From a virus (Duplodnaviria; Caudoviricetes): a DNA stretch of 62,819 nucleotides. The translations under genes and the position numbers were made by a program. Location of the stretch: positions 1 to 62,819 of the IMG/VR virus record IMGVR_UViG_3300038549_000020, one strand, 5' to 3'. Shown here in pieces: positions 44,526-52,412 of this stretch (the first letter of the stretch is position 1; each line of letters starts with the position of its first letter). The notes below the pieces were generated by a model that was given only the letters and a program-made list of their open reading frames with translations, was not told the origin of the DNA and made no database searches.

Positions 44526-45389
44526 TCAATCTCCGGATAGCCGTCCGGCCACCTGGATGGTCAGCAGTGGGACCATCTCCGTGACCTGGGGCCCGTAGGG
44601 GTATTCCCGCCACCCGTACTCAGCCAGCTCGGCCAGCTGCTCCCCGTCGTTCCACCCGCCAGCAGGGCGAGCGGCGAGGACCTTGACGGGCTCCCCGTAT
44701 CCGTACACGTTCGCCTCGGTCGCTTCCCAGCCAAGGCCGGCAAGGATGGCGGTCGCTTCGGCCACCTCGTCCGGGGTGGCGTACTCCCGGGTGACCAAAT
44801 CCCATCCCTGGTAGGAGTCCATGTCCGGGATGGCGGTTGCCCTTAGGGCGTCGTGCAGATCCGTGCGGGCACGCTCACGCGCACCCCGGATGGCCATCAG
44901 TGCATCGCGCTGGGGACGCTCAGCCACGGAAATCTCCGCAGCCTCCATGAACGCCTTGAAGTACGCGCCCTCGTACCTCTCCCCGTCGACGATGGGGAAT
45001 GACCCCGTGATGGTCCACTCGTCGCCACGCCTGCTGGCCAGGATCCGGGACCCTGACGAGGCTGAGGCGAACTCCAGGCGGCTCACGGTTTCCGCTGTGG
45101 CTACCAGCCATGCCCCATTGAAGTCCTGGTCCTTGATCCAGGGGTGGTTATGCCAGTCCCCCTCCAGGTCAAATGACCGGTCACCGACGGAGTGATCCGC
45201 GACCAGCACAACATCGTTGTCCGCAATCCACTCCAGGCCGTCCAGAACCCGGGTTGCCGGGGCCTTCCGGAGTGCGGCCAGGACTTCTTCCGGATCACAC
45301 TCGCAGGCGTTGAACCCGCCGAGAGCCGTAGTGACGTGCTTCCATGTGGCGCCCTTGATCTCCAGGGTGCTGTATTCCTTGATCTGCAT
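44526..45389 (-). CDS. Acidic hypothetical protein (anti-defence candidate)
   Basis: GGAGA RBS; first gene after an operator-flanked promoter. Confidence 0.7.
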   Translation of the reverse strand: MQIKEYSTLEIKGATWKHVTTALGGFNACECDPEEVLAALRKAPATRVLDGLEWIADNDVVLVADHSVGDRSFDLEGDWHNHPWIKDQDFNGAWLVATAETVSRLEFASASSGSRILASRRGDEWTITGSFPIVDGERYEGAYFKAFMEAAEISVAERPQRDALMAIRGARERARTDLHDALRATAIPDMDSYQGWDLVTREYATPDEVAEATAILAGLGWEATEANVYGYGEPVKVLAARPAGGWNDGEQLAELAEYGWREYPYGPQVTEMVPLLTIQVAGRLSGD

Positions 45390-45447
45390 GGCTATCTCCT
45401 TGTTCGTTGCCCCGTGGGGCGTTGGGTGTGGTTCCCCCCGGCTGTAA

Positions 45448-45490
45448 TTTCCGGTACCTAAAACTCTAGCACACTTTCCGGTACCGGAAA
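45448..45490 (-). promoter_or_regulatory. Extended -10 promoter flanked by two TTTCCGGTACCGGAAA-type operators
   Basis: Sites at 45448 and 45475; TGCTAGAGT between them on the minus strand. Confidence 0.8.
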
Positions 45491-45495
45491 CCGTG

Positions 45496-46011
45496 TCACT
45501 CTTCCGTGTCAGGCGGCAGCAGCGTCACGCTGCCGGCGCAGGCGTCACAGAAATCCTCGGTGGGACCCGGCCCACCACAGACGATGCACACGCCGAGCAC
45601 CCGAGCGTGAGTCCCGATCGGCAGCACGGCCGCCGCCCGGTTGCGCCGCCCGGCACCGTCCGGGACGACCAGCACCCACACGTCCGGGTCCGAGTCGTCC
45701 AATCCCTGGGCGCGCAGCCACGCCCAGGCGGCGTCGTCGAGAGAGTGGCTACCCAGCCACTCCGCCAACTCCTCACCCTCGGCGTCCGGGGATGCACCCC
45801 GGAACACCTCCAGCGTGAGCATGGCCTGGTCTCCCGACACCTCCCAGTAGCGGCGTGCGTCATCCCGCAACCCCTGGAGGACGTAGCGGCGGATCACCTC
45901 GGAGCGGTCCACGGCCAACTGGGCCGCCCGCTCCTCCAGATCTGCCACATCCTCTAGCGGCAAGCGGGTTTTGATCTCTGGCCCAATGGGGGGCCGACCG
46001 GTCTTGGCCAT
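45496..46011 (-). CDS. RHH (CopG-like) domain fusion protein
   Basis: GRPPIGPEIKTRL...DRSEVIRRYV; C-terminal CxxC..CxxC. Confidence 0.75.
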   Translation of the reverse strand: MAKTGRPPIGPEIKTRLPLEDVADLEERAAQLAVDRSEVIRRYVLQGLRDDARRYWEVSGDQAMLTLEVFRGASPDAEGEELAEWLGSHSLDDAAWAWLRAQGLDDSDPDVWVLVVPDGAGRRNRAAAVLPIGTHARVLGVCIVCGGPGPTEDFCDACAGSVTLLPPDTEE

Positions 46012-46031
46012 GCGTCTCTACTCCTTGGATG

Positions 46032-46391
46032 TCAGACCGCGAGAGCGGCGAGGGTGGTGTACCGGGTGGTGGCTGGACGGAACAGGCCCCGGGCCCAGCG
46101 GTAGACGGTGGAGACGTGTACACCGACCGCCGCGGCGATGGCGCGGACGCTCATGCCGGCCTGGCGGAGGATGGCGATGATGCTGACCGCGTCCTGGTGG
46201 GTGGCGGCTTCTGCCGCTTCCCGCTCCGCCTGTGCCGCGTCCTGCTCGGCCTGGCGGATCTGGGTTTCCCATCCCGCCGGGTCCTTGGCGATCTGGGAGA
46301 AGGTGGCCTCTGTCAGGCCAGCGGACCATGCGCGATCCCGCAGGCTGTTGATCCGCTGGCGCTGGCTGCTGGTGATCCTCTGGTAGGCCAT
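46032..46391 (-). CDS. HTH regulator
   Basis: GMSVRAIAAAVGVHVSTVYRWARG. Confidence 0.8.
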   Translation of the reverse strand: MAYQRITSSQRQRINSLRDRAWSAGLTEATFSQIAKDPAGWETQIRQAEQDAAQAEREAAEAATHQDAVSIIAILRQAGMSVRAIAAAVGVHVSTVYRWARGLFRPATTRYTTLAALAV

Positions 46392-46405
46392 GTCCTCACC
46401 CCTCG

Positions 46406-46448
46406 TTTCCGGTACCTGAAATCCTAGCATGGTTTCCAGTACCGGAAA
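46406..46448 (-). promoter_or_regulatory. Second promoter with the same paired operators
   Basis: TTTCCGGTACCTGAAA (46406) and TTTCCAGTACCGGAAA (46433) flank TGCTAGGAT. Confidence 0.8.
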
Positions 46449-46566
46449 TGGAGGTCACCCGAACGGGGACGTGGCGCTGCCTATACGCCCTGAGCTGCGG
46501 CGTTTCTGTCTGCTCATGGCTCATGCCATAATGGGGCAACACCCACTACAGGAATGAGGGCAACCA

Positions 46567-46806
46567 ATGACTGATGTCCTGGTCGAGCTCGACAACCGAC
46601 GCCGAGCATCCCTCGGCAGACTCGGCAACCCCGAGCACCGCTACTACCTCGGCCATACGGAGCCGGACGGCAGGATCGTCCTGGTTCCGGCCGTGGTCAT
46701 GCCGGAGGCGGAAGCCCGACTTCGGGGCAACCCCGAACTGCTCGGGCAGATCGAGCACACCGTCGCCGAACCGGCAAGCCGGGTGCGGCGCGCGAGACGC
46801 CAGTAG
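46567..46806 (+). CDS. AbrB/MazE-like small protein
   Basis: ELDNRRRASLG...DGRIVLVP. Confidence 0.6.
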   Translation: MTDVLVELDNRRRASLGRLGNPEHRYYLGHTEPDGRIVLVPAVVMPEAEARLRGNPELLGQIEHTVAEPASRVRRARRQ

Positions 46807-46995
46807 GAGTCCTGACGCTCGGCCTCGCCTGGCCCGATACGCCACAGCGCCCCCGGTCATCCCGGGGGCGATGGTCGTTTGAGCCCGGCCCCGTGATGGG
46901 GCCGGGAAGCACCCGCCTGGCGGGCGTGGTCGTGTCGCGACGTGTCGAGGGTAGCTGGGGTGGCTTGTCGTGGGGCGACACGTTCGAGTGATGCT

Positions 46996-47040
46996 GTTTG
47001 TGATGTAGAAACAACGTGCTAGAGTTTATGCATCACAAAC
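46996..47040 (+). promoter_or_regulatory. Promoter with inverted 17-bp operators
   Basis: GTTTGTGATGTAGAAAC and GTTTATGCATCACAAAC flank TGCTAGAGT. Confidence 0.75.
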
Positions 47041-47058
47041 AAGCGAACGGAGAGAGCG

Positions 47059-47664
47059 ATGAGCCGCAACTACACCTACACCGTCACGTTCCCCAGCGAC
47101 GAGAAGGCCGCATTCGTCGCCGACATCCTGCGTCCCTACGGAATCGAGCAGCCCAAGCGCGAGGGCGGCCAGCTCATCCTGAGCAAGGACGCCCTGGAGA
47201 TCCTCGCCGAACACGGCGAGGACAACGACGGCTGCTACATCGACGGCCAGATCTGGGTCTCCGGAGACGGATACGCCGTCACCCGCAATACCGGACGGCC
47301 CAGCGTCGGCACCAGCGGGTCAACCCGCATCACGGCAACGCTGGACGCGGATGTTCTCGCCCGGCTCGACCAGGCCGCTTACGTGTTCAGCATCGACCGC
47401 TCTGCGGCAGTCAGGCGAGCGATCGAGATGTGGCTCGGCTCCCTGTACACCGTGGAGATCCAGAGCTGGAGTGAGAGCGCGCGGGCATGGATGGCCCTTG
47501 CCCCCGCCGAGACCGTCAGCGCGGCCAGCGCGCGCGATGCCGCCGAGGACGTGGCGGATGACCAGAACATCGCCGAGGGTCCGGACTGGCGCGTCTGCGC
47601 TTGGGCCGGTGCCGACCCGGACACGGGCGGGACGCCCGACCACATCTTTGAGCCCGAGAGTTAG
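47059..47664 (+). CDS. Three-domain protein with central RHH
   Basis: GRPSVG..RITATLD..VLARLD....DRSAAVRRAI. Confidence 0.7.
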   Translation: MSRNYTYTVTFPSDEKAAFVADILRPYGIEQPKREGGQLILSKDALEILAEHGEDNDGCYIDGQIWVSGDGYAVTRNTGRPSVGTSGSTRITATLDADVLARLDQAAYVFSIDRSAAVRRAIEMWLGSLYTVEIQSWSESARAWMALAPAETVSAASARDAAEDVADDQNIAEGPDWRVCAWAGADPDTGGTPDHIFEPES

Positions 47665-47694
47665 TCGACCAGCGAACGCCTCCACGCAAGCGCA

Positions 47695-47721
47695 GCGCCC
47701 CACCTCCACGGGTGGGGCGCT
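47695..47721. terminator. Hairpin between convergent genes
   Basis: GCGCCCCACC...GGTGGGGCGC. Confidence 0.6.
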
Positions 47722-47730
47722 GTTGTGCCA

Positions 47731-48822
47731 TCACTGCCGGTCGCTCAGGTCCGTCCTGGCGCCCGGCTGCCGATCGCGGTGGATCCACGGCCAGATCGTT
47801 CCCGGCCACCATCCGCGTCGCCCACCCACGAACGCGTCATAGGCCGGCGCCTGCCCCCGGCTCACATACCCGACCAGGGTCGTGGCCTTGATGCCCAGGA
47901 TCCCGGCCACCTCAACCACTCCGAGAGGCACCGCGTCATCCAAGTGCCCGTCCGCTACCTCCCGCAGGTACGGAGGATCCTGCTGGCGCTTCCCCGGATC
48001 CCGGCGGGCGCCACACCGCGCCGTGCGGCCCGACACGAACCCCCCGGCGCCAGACCAACCGATCCCCAGCAGGGCCGGCACAGCGGACGCCGGCATGGGG
48101 GTCTCCCACAGCAGCCAGTCACACACCAGCTCGGACCGGTCGGCCCCGGTGCGCCGGTAGTGCCAGCCCACCGCCCCCCGGCAGGGCCGATCCTGGTCGA
48201 CGGCGCCAGCCACCTGGTGGGCGGGGACGTCGCGGGCCGGCTGGCACGGCAAGCCCATGACCGCCAACCAGTCCAACCCCGGCGAGGCGGACGAGCCGGT
48301 GTCGGACTCGCCCCGCAAGATCCACAACCCGGCGGGGTAGTCGCGAGTCAGGCCGAGACCGGGACCACAGATGGCCTGGTCGAGTAGGCCAGGATCAGCC
48401 CGCAGACATCCGACCATGGTGGTCAGCATGCCCCGGACGGTTTGCGCCGCGTGCGGCCAGACCATGGGGTGCAGCAGCCTACTGGGGGTCAGGAGGGCTG
48501 ACGCCCACATCTCGGATCCGGCCGGGGGTGGCTGGGCGGCCAGGTGGCGACCCCGGGCACCCCACCAGTCGCGGCCGGGCGGGGGGAACTCCGCAGGGCA
48601 GTCGGGGAGGACCCCGCCGTCAGGGATCCGGTCGAGAGTCAGCTCGCGGATCGCCTCGGCGGCCTCGTCGGTGGTGGATGGCCCGGCGTCGAGGATCAGC
48701 CGCCCGTCGTCGAGACTCCAGCGGACCAGGAGCTGCGGCCAGCGTTGGGCCAGGACGCGGATCGCGCCGAGAGCGGCGAGCCAGCCGTGGGGGGTTGTGC
48801 CGTCCAGGTGGAGTGTGGTCAT
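47731..48822 (-). CDS. Type I-G Cas8g2 (Cas8u2)-like protein fused to a C-terminal HTH
   Basis: LDGTTPHGWLAALGAIRVL, IPDGGVLP..PAEFPPPG, QTVRGML, PGLDWLAVMGLP, WLLWETPM....VPALL; C-terminal EVAGILGI...GYVSRGQAP...PGARTDL. Confidence 0.72.
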   Translation of the reverse strand: MTTLHLDGTTPHGWLAALGAIRVLAQRWPQLLVRWSLDDGRLILDAGPSTTDEAAEAIRELTLDRIPDGGVLPDCPAEFPPPGRDWWGARGRHLAAQPPPAGSEMWASALLTPSRLLHPMVWPHAAQTVRGMLTTMVGCLRADPGLLDQAICGPGLGLTRDYPAGLWILRGESDTGSSASPGLDWLAVMGLPCQPARDVPAHQVAGAVDQDRPCRGAVGWHYRRTGADRSELVCDWLLWETPMPASAVPALLGIGWSGAGGFVSGRTARCGARRDPGKRQQDPPYLREVADGHLDDAVPLGVVEVAGILGIKATTLVGYVSRGQAPAYDAFVGGRRGWWPGTIWPWIHRDRQPGARTDLSDRQ

Positions 48823-49241
48823 GCCGTGCTGCCAGGTCGGGTGGCCGTCCAGAGTACGGCCGCGAGGAGGACGGCGACGACGGCTGTGGGGAGGATGCCG
48901 GCACCCTGCGTGATCATGGTGGCCATGCCCGCACCGGAGATGACCAGCGCGACCGGTGTGGCGTACCGGATGGCGTGCTGGCGGAGGGGGATGGGTGGGT
49001 CGGCGACCAGGTGGAGTGGCCACTGCTGGCCGTCGGAGGCGTGGATGGTGGTGGTTCCGTCGTCGGCGATGGTGATGTGGCCGTCCTCGCCGTGCTCGCG
49101 GTGGGCGATGAGCCAGGCGACCTGCTCCCGGCTGATCTGGACGATGCCGGGCTGGGTTGCCCGGATGCCGGGTCCGGTGAGCCAGGATGGGGTGCCGCTG
49201 GGGCCGAAGTCTGCGATCTACACCCCATGTGTCACTGACAC
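48819..49241 (-). pseudogene. Membrane protein ORF interrupted by TAG at codon 8
   Basis: Long open frame with GC-rich third positions and 2 C-terminal TMs; ATGA coupling to the cas8-like gene; in-frame TAG at 49218-49220. Confidence 0.45.
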
Positions 49242-49254
49242 GATTGGGGGACTA

Positions 49255-49291
49255 CTCACACTTTACAAGGCTTTCCTTGTATAGTGGTGGC
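49255..49291. promoter_or_regulatory. Divergent promoter with TACAAGG/CCTTGTA inverted repeat
   Basis: TTTACA...TATAGT ahead of a leaderless-type ATG at 49292. Confidence 0.7.
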
Positions 49292-49702
49292 ATGACACAG
49301 ACAGCGCCCATCGTCCTCAACCACCACGACGACCGCCCAGTCGTCGGCGGACCGGCCGCACTCATCAACGCATCCCTGGGCGGCGCGGCGCCGCTCACCA
49401 TCACAGGCAAGAAGGCCACTGGCGACATCGTCTGGCTCGCCCCGGTCACTGAGCGAGTGTGGCGCGACGACGCGATCACCGTCGAAGATCACGCCATCGC
49501 CTGGACGATCAGCCACCCCGTCCATGGCGAGATCGCGTACGCCTACATCGACATGTCCCGTCTCGACAGGGCTCCCCAGGTCTCCGAGCTGACTCGGGCG
49601 CTGCGGGCTGCGGACGCTGCCGCGTACAACGCCACGATGGCACAGGCCGCCAAGGCCGCACCGAGCTGCGACAACTGCGGCGACTGCCCGCAGTGCTGCT
49701 GA
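49292..49702 (+). CDS. Hypothetical protein with CxxCxxCxxCC tail
   Basis: First gene after the promoter. Confidence 0.6.
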   Translation: MTQTAPIVLNHHDDRPVVGGPAALINASLGGAAPLTITGKKATGDIVWLAPVTERVWRDDAITVEDHAIAWTISHPVHGEIAYAYIDMSRLDRAPQVSELTRALRAADAAAYNATMAQAAKAAPSCDNCGDCPQCC

Positions 49703-49712
49703 GGAGGTAGGC

Positions 49713-50204
49713 ATGGCCACCAGAGACGGCTGGACACCACTCCAGATCGCGTGGGCTGACTACAGCCACGCCGATGCCGTTCACCACCAGGCCGCCAACC
49801 TCGACCTGATCGAGGCCAAGGCCGAGTACGACGAGGCCAAGCACCGCCTTGGCGAGGGCATGCTGACGCCCAAGGAATGGCAGGAGGCTCAGGACGCCTG
49901 GCAGGCGGCCGTTGACCGGATCGCCACCACCGAGCAGGCGCTCCGTCACGCGGAGCGCGCTTACTGGGCCGAGAAGTGGCTCACCCGCCGACAGGTAGCC
50001 GACCTCGTCTCCGCTCTGACCGGCCGAGGCATCAACCCGGACACCTGGTCCGGGTACGTCACCAGGGGACAAGCACCAGCACCCGATGGGCGCGACGACA
50101 CCAATCACCCGTGGTGGTCGGAGCTGACCGTCAGGGACTGGGTCGCCTCCCGCCCCGGCCAGGGTGCGCGGACGGGACGCAACAAAGGAAATAGTCCAAA
50201 ATGA
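49713..50204 (+). CDS. Helical domain plus HTH (same HTH family as the Cas8-like fusion)
   Basis: LTRRQVADL...GYVTRGQAPAPD...RPGQGART. Confidence 0.75.
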   Translation: MATRDGWTPLQIAWADYSHADAVHHQAANLDLIEAKAEYDEAKHRLGEGMLTPKEWQEAQDAWQAAVDRIATTEQALRHAERAYWAEKWLTRRQVADLVSALTGRGINPDTWSGYVTRGQAPAPDGRDDTNHPWWSELTVRDWVASRPGQGARTGRNKGNSPK

Positions 50205-50986
50205 TCGATGCTGAATTTGCCGCCGCACTTGCCAGACTTCGTGGACCACTCGACTTCTCCTGGATCCCCGTCCAGGATGGCGGCGGCTGGTATCTCGCCA
50301 AAGCGTGGTCTCGGGATCCCAGCGAACTGGACCGCTACGACACAGAGGCGGAGGCACAGGCCGCCGCTGACGCGGAGAACGCCGACGCACAGACGCTGCT
50401 TGACGCGCTGATGGCGCGCGTCGAGGAACACGTCCCGGGCGACTACCGGGACGGGTACACCCGCGAGCAGTACGAAACCGCATGTTCCGTGCTCGGCGCA
50501 ACGCCAGTCAGCGACGACGACCTTCGCCGCGGTTCATCGGCGGTCATCCTCGTGCCCGAATACACACATCGGCACGTCGTGTACGCCCAGCTGTGCCACG
50601 GGCGGACCGTCGGAATCAAGGCCGAGGACCAGACCGCCGACGACCAGATCGCAGCAGCCCTCGACAGCGCCGGCCTGCTGCGAAAGCGCATGTACACCCG
50701 CGAGCAGTACGAGGCCGCCTGCCAGATTGCCGGCATCGATCCCATCGCCGACGATGAGGTCGCCACGTGGTTGAGCGTTCACTACCTGCCGCCGTTCGTT
50801 GACCGCACCCCGATGGAGCTTCGGAGGCAGACCCTGGCCGACCACCGGCTGGCGGGATTGCGTCGCGAGGCCAAGAAGGAGGGGGAGGCGTGCGACAACT
50901 GCGACCGGCCGATCGCGCCCGGCGAGGGCATGAGCGCGAACCTCGGCATGGCCTGCTCGCTCGGTTGCTACCAGGAAATGAGCTGA
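50201..50986 (+). CDS. Protein with a duplicated YTREQYE domain and a C-terminal Zn finger
   Basis: YTREQYETAC and YTREQYEAAC; CDNC...CSLGC. Confidence 0.65.
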   Translation: MIDAEFAAALARLRGPLDFSWIPVQDGGGWYLAKAWSRDPSELDRYDTEAEAQAAADAENADAQTLLDALMARVEEHVPGDYRDGYTREQYETACSVLGATPVSDDDLRRGSSAVILVPEYTHRHVVYAQLCHGRTVGIKAEDQTADDQIAAALDSAGLLRKRMYTREQYEAACQIAGIDPIADDEVATWLSVHYLPPFVDRTPMELRRQTLADHRLAGLRREAKKEGEACDNCDRPIAPGEGMSANLGMACSLGCYQEMS

Positions 50987-50987
50987 T

Positions 50988-51791
50988 TTGAGCACTGATC
51001 TGAAGCGTGCGGCGCGGGAGGCGTTCGCCCGCGCCGACCAGCTCACCACCCAGATGGAGCGCCGCTACCCCACCGCGTGGCGGGAACTTGACGGCTTCCG
51101 CGTCAACCCGCCGCAGCCCTGGCCGGAGTGGTGCCTACTGCCCATGGCCGCATCAGCGGCCGTCTGTACCGACTTCGCCCCGATCGAACAGGTGCGACAC
51201 CCGCTGACCCCTGTCCCGATCGCCACGATGGCGGCCGTCTACGCCTGGCGGTACAGCCGGTCGGTGTACCTGTTCCACCCCGACCTCCGGCGCAGGCTGA
51301 CGGGCACGGTGCCCGATCTGCCTGACCTGGATCTCCTCGCGGGCATGCCGGACTGGTGTCTGGTGGTCCCCACGATGCATCCGGAGTGGCCTGGTGCAGG
51401 GCTGTGGGCGCACTTGGAGGCCGACGCCAACACCAGACGCCCGGAACTGCGACTCCTCGACGACGACGGCACCAACGACCCGGTGACGATCCCGGTCTAC
51501 CTGGACCGGCCCACGCTCACCGAGGCGCTCGCGGACTTCCGCGCCACCGCGCGAGCGTCCGGTGTCCGTGGTGGTCAGATCACCACCGGGCAGGATGTCC
51601 ACGGTGGAGCCCTGGACGAGTGGGCGGCGTCGATGGCTGATCGGGTCGATCAGATGATCGCCCTCGTGGCCTACCTGTGTCGCCCTGAGGCGGACATCAG
51701 GGAGATGGGGCGCACGTGGGTGCGGCCTGGACCTCGGGCACGGTCGCGGCGACGAGGGAGAACCGTGTGGTTGGTCGGGTACGGCGACTGA
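50988..51791 (+). CDS. AcrVA2/FinQ-like protein, C-terminally shortened
   Basis: YPTAW..LD.FR...WPEWCLLP, AWRYSRSVY.F, MPDWC, GLWAHL, YLCRPEADI, VWLVG. Confidence 0.7.
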   Translation: MSTDLKRAAREAFARADQLTTQMERRYPTAWRELDGFRVNPPQPWPEWCLLPMAASAAVCTDFAPIEQVRHPLTPVPIATMAAVYAWRYSRSVYLFHPDLRRRLTGTVPDLPDLDLLAGMPDWCLVVPTMHPEWPGAGLWAHLEADANTRRPELRLLDDDGTNDPVTIPVYLDRPTLTEALADFRATARASGVRGGQITTGQDVHGGALDEWAASMADRVDQMIALVAYLCRPEADIREMGRTWVRPGPRARSRRRGRTVWLVGYGD

Positions 51792-51806
51792 CCACACACA
51801 GCACGA

Positions 51807-51837
51807 CGGCGCCCACCCCGCGTTGGGGTGGGCGCCG
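51807..51837. terminator. Hairpin between the island and the lysis cassette
   Basis: CGGCGCCCACCCC...GGGGTGGGCGCCG. Confidence 0.7.
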
Positions 51838-51861
51838 TTGTGATCCCATCCGTTTCCGGCC

Positions 51862-52113
51862 TCAGGTTACCGGCGGGACAACCCTCCTGGCCAGGTGTGC
51901 CACACCGGATTGCACGGCGGTCTTGAGTAGCAGCAGGCCCAGTGCACCCCACCAGGCTCCGGTCCACTGGAGATCACCCACCTGTGTCGCCAGGACCATG
52001 ATCACGGCAACGGCGACGTCGGTGAGGAGGCCCTGCACGCAGGTGCGCCAGGCGCGGCTACGGGCATCAGCGATGACGGCACGCTCACGGTCCCCCATGC
52101 CGTATGCGGTCAT
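51862..52113 (-). CDS. Putative holin
   Basis: RAWRT..QG, two TM segments. Confidence 0.65.
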   Translation of the reverse strand: MTAYGMGDRERAVIADARSRAWRTCVQGLLTDVAVAVIMVLATQVGDLQWTGAWWGALGLLLLKTAVQSGVAHLARRVVPPVT

Positions 52114-52166
52114 TGACGATCATCTCCTCAGATCTGGTGGCGAAACGGGAGGATGCGCAGGTCAGG

Positions 52167-52412
52167 TCACTCGCCAGGCCGAATGATCGCCACCGCCAGG
52201 GCCGCCAGCGACACCAACGCCGCCAACGCCGGTAGTGGCCACCGGCCGCGCTCCAGGTCCCGCATGCGCCCCTCGTGGTCACGTACCTCGGCGCGGGTCT
52301 CCGCGTACTGCTCGACCAGGCGCCCAACCGTGGCCTCCAGGCGCACAAGGGCGTCGTAGATCTCGCGGGCCCCGATGCGGACATCCATTGGCTGCTCGTC
52401 GCGGCGGACCAC
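52167..52412 (-). CDS. Coiled-coil plus TM lysis-associated protein
   Basis: DHEGRMRDLE..RW followed by a TM. Confidence 0.6.
   Translation of the reverse strand: MVRRDEQPMDVRIGAREIYDALVRLEATVGRLVEQYAETRAEVRDHEGRMRDLERGRWPLPALAALVSLAALAVAIIRPGE

Noticed and set aside
46567-46806. AbrB-like gene as part of a toxin-antitoxin pair
   Set aside because: No adjacent toxin ORF was recognised.
49218-49220. Amber codon as evidence of genome-wide stop-codon reassignment
   Set aside because: TAG is used as a normal stop elsewhere (capsid, terL, TMP) and no suppressor tRNA is present.
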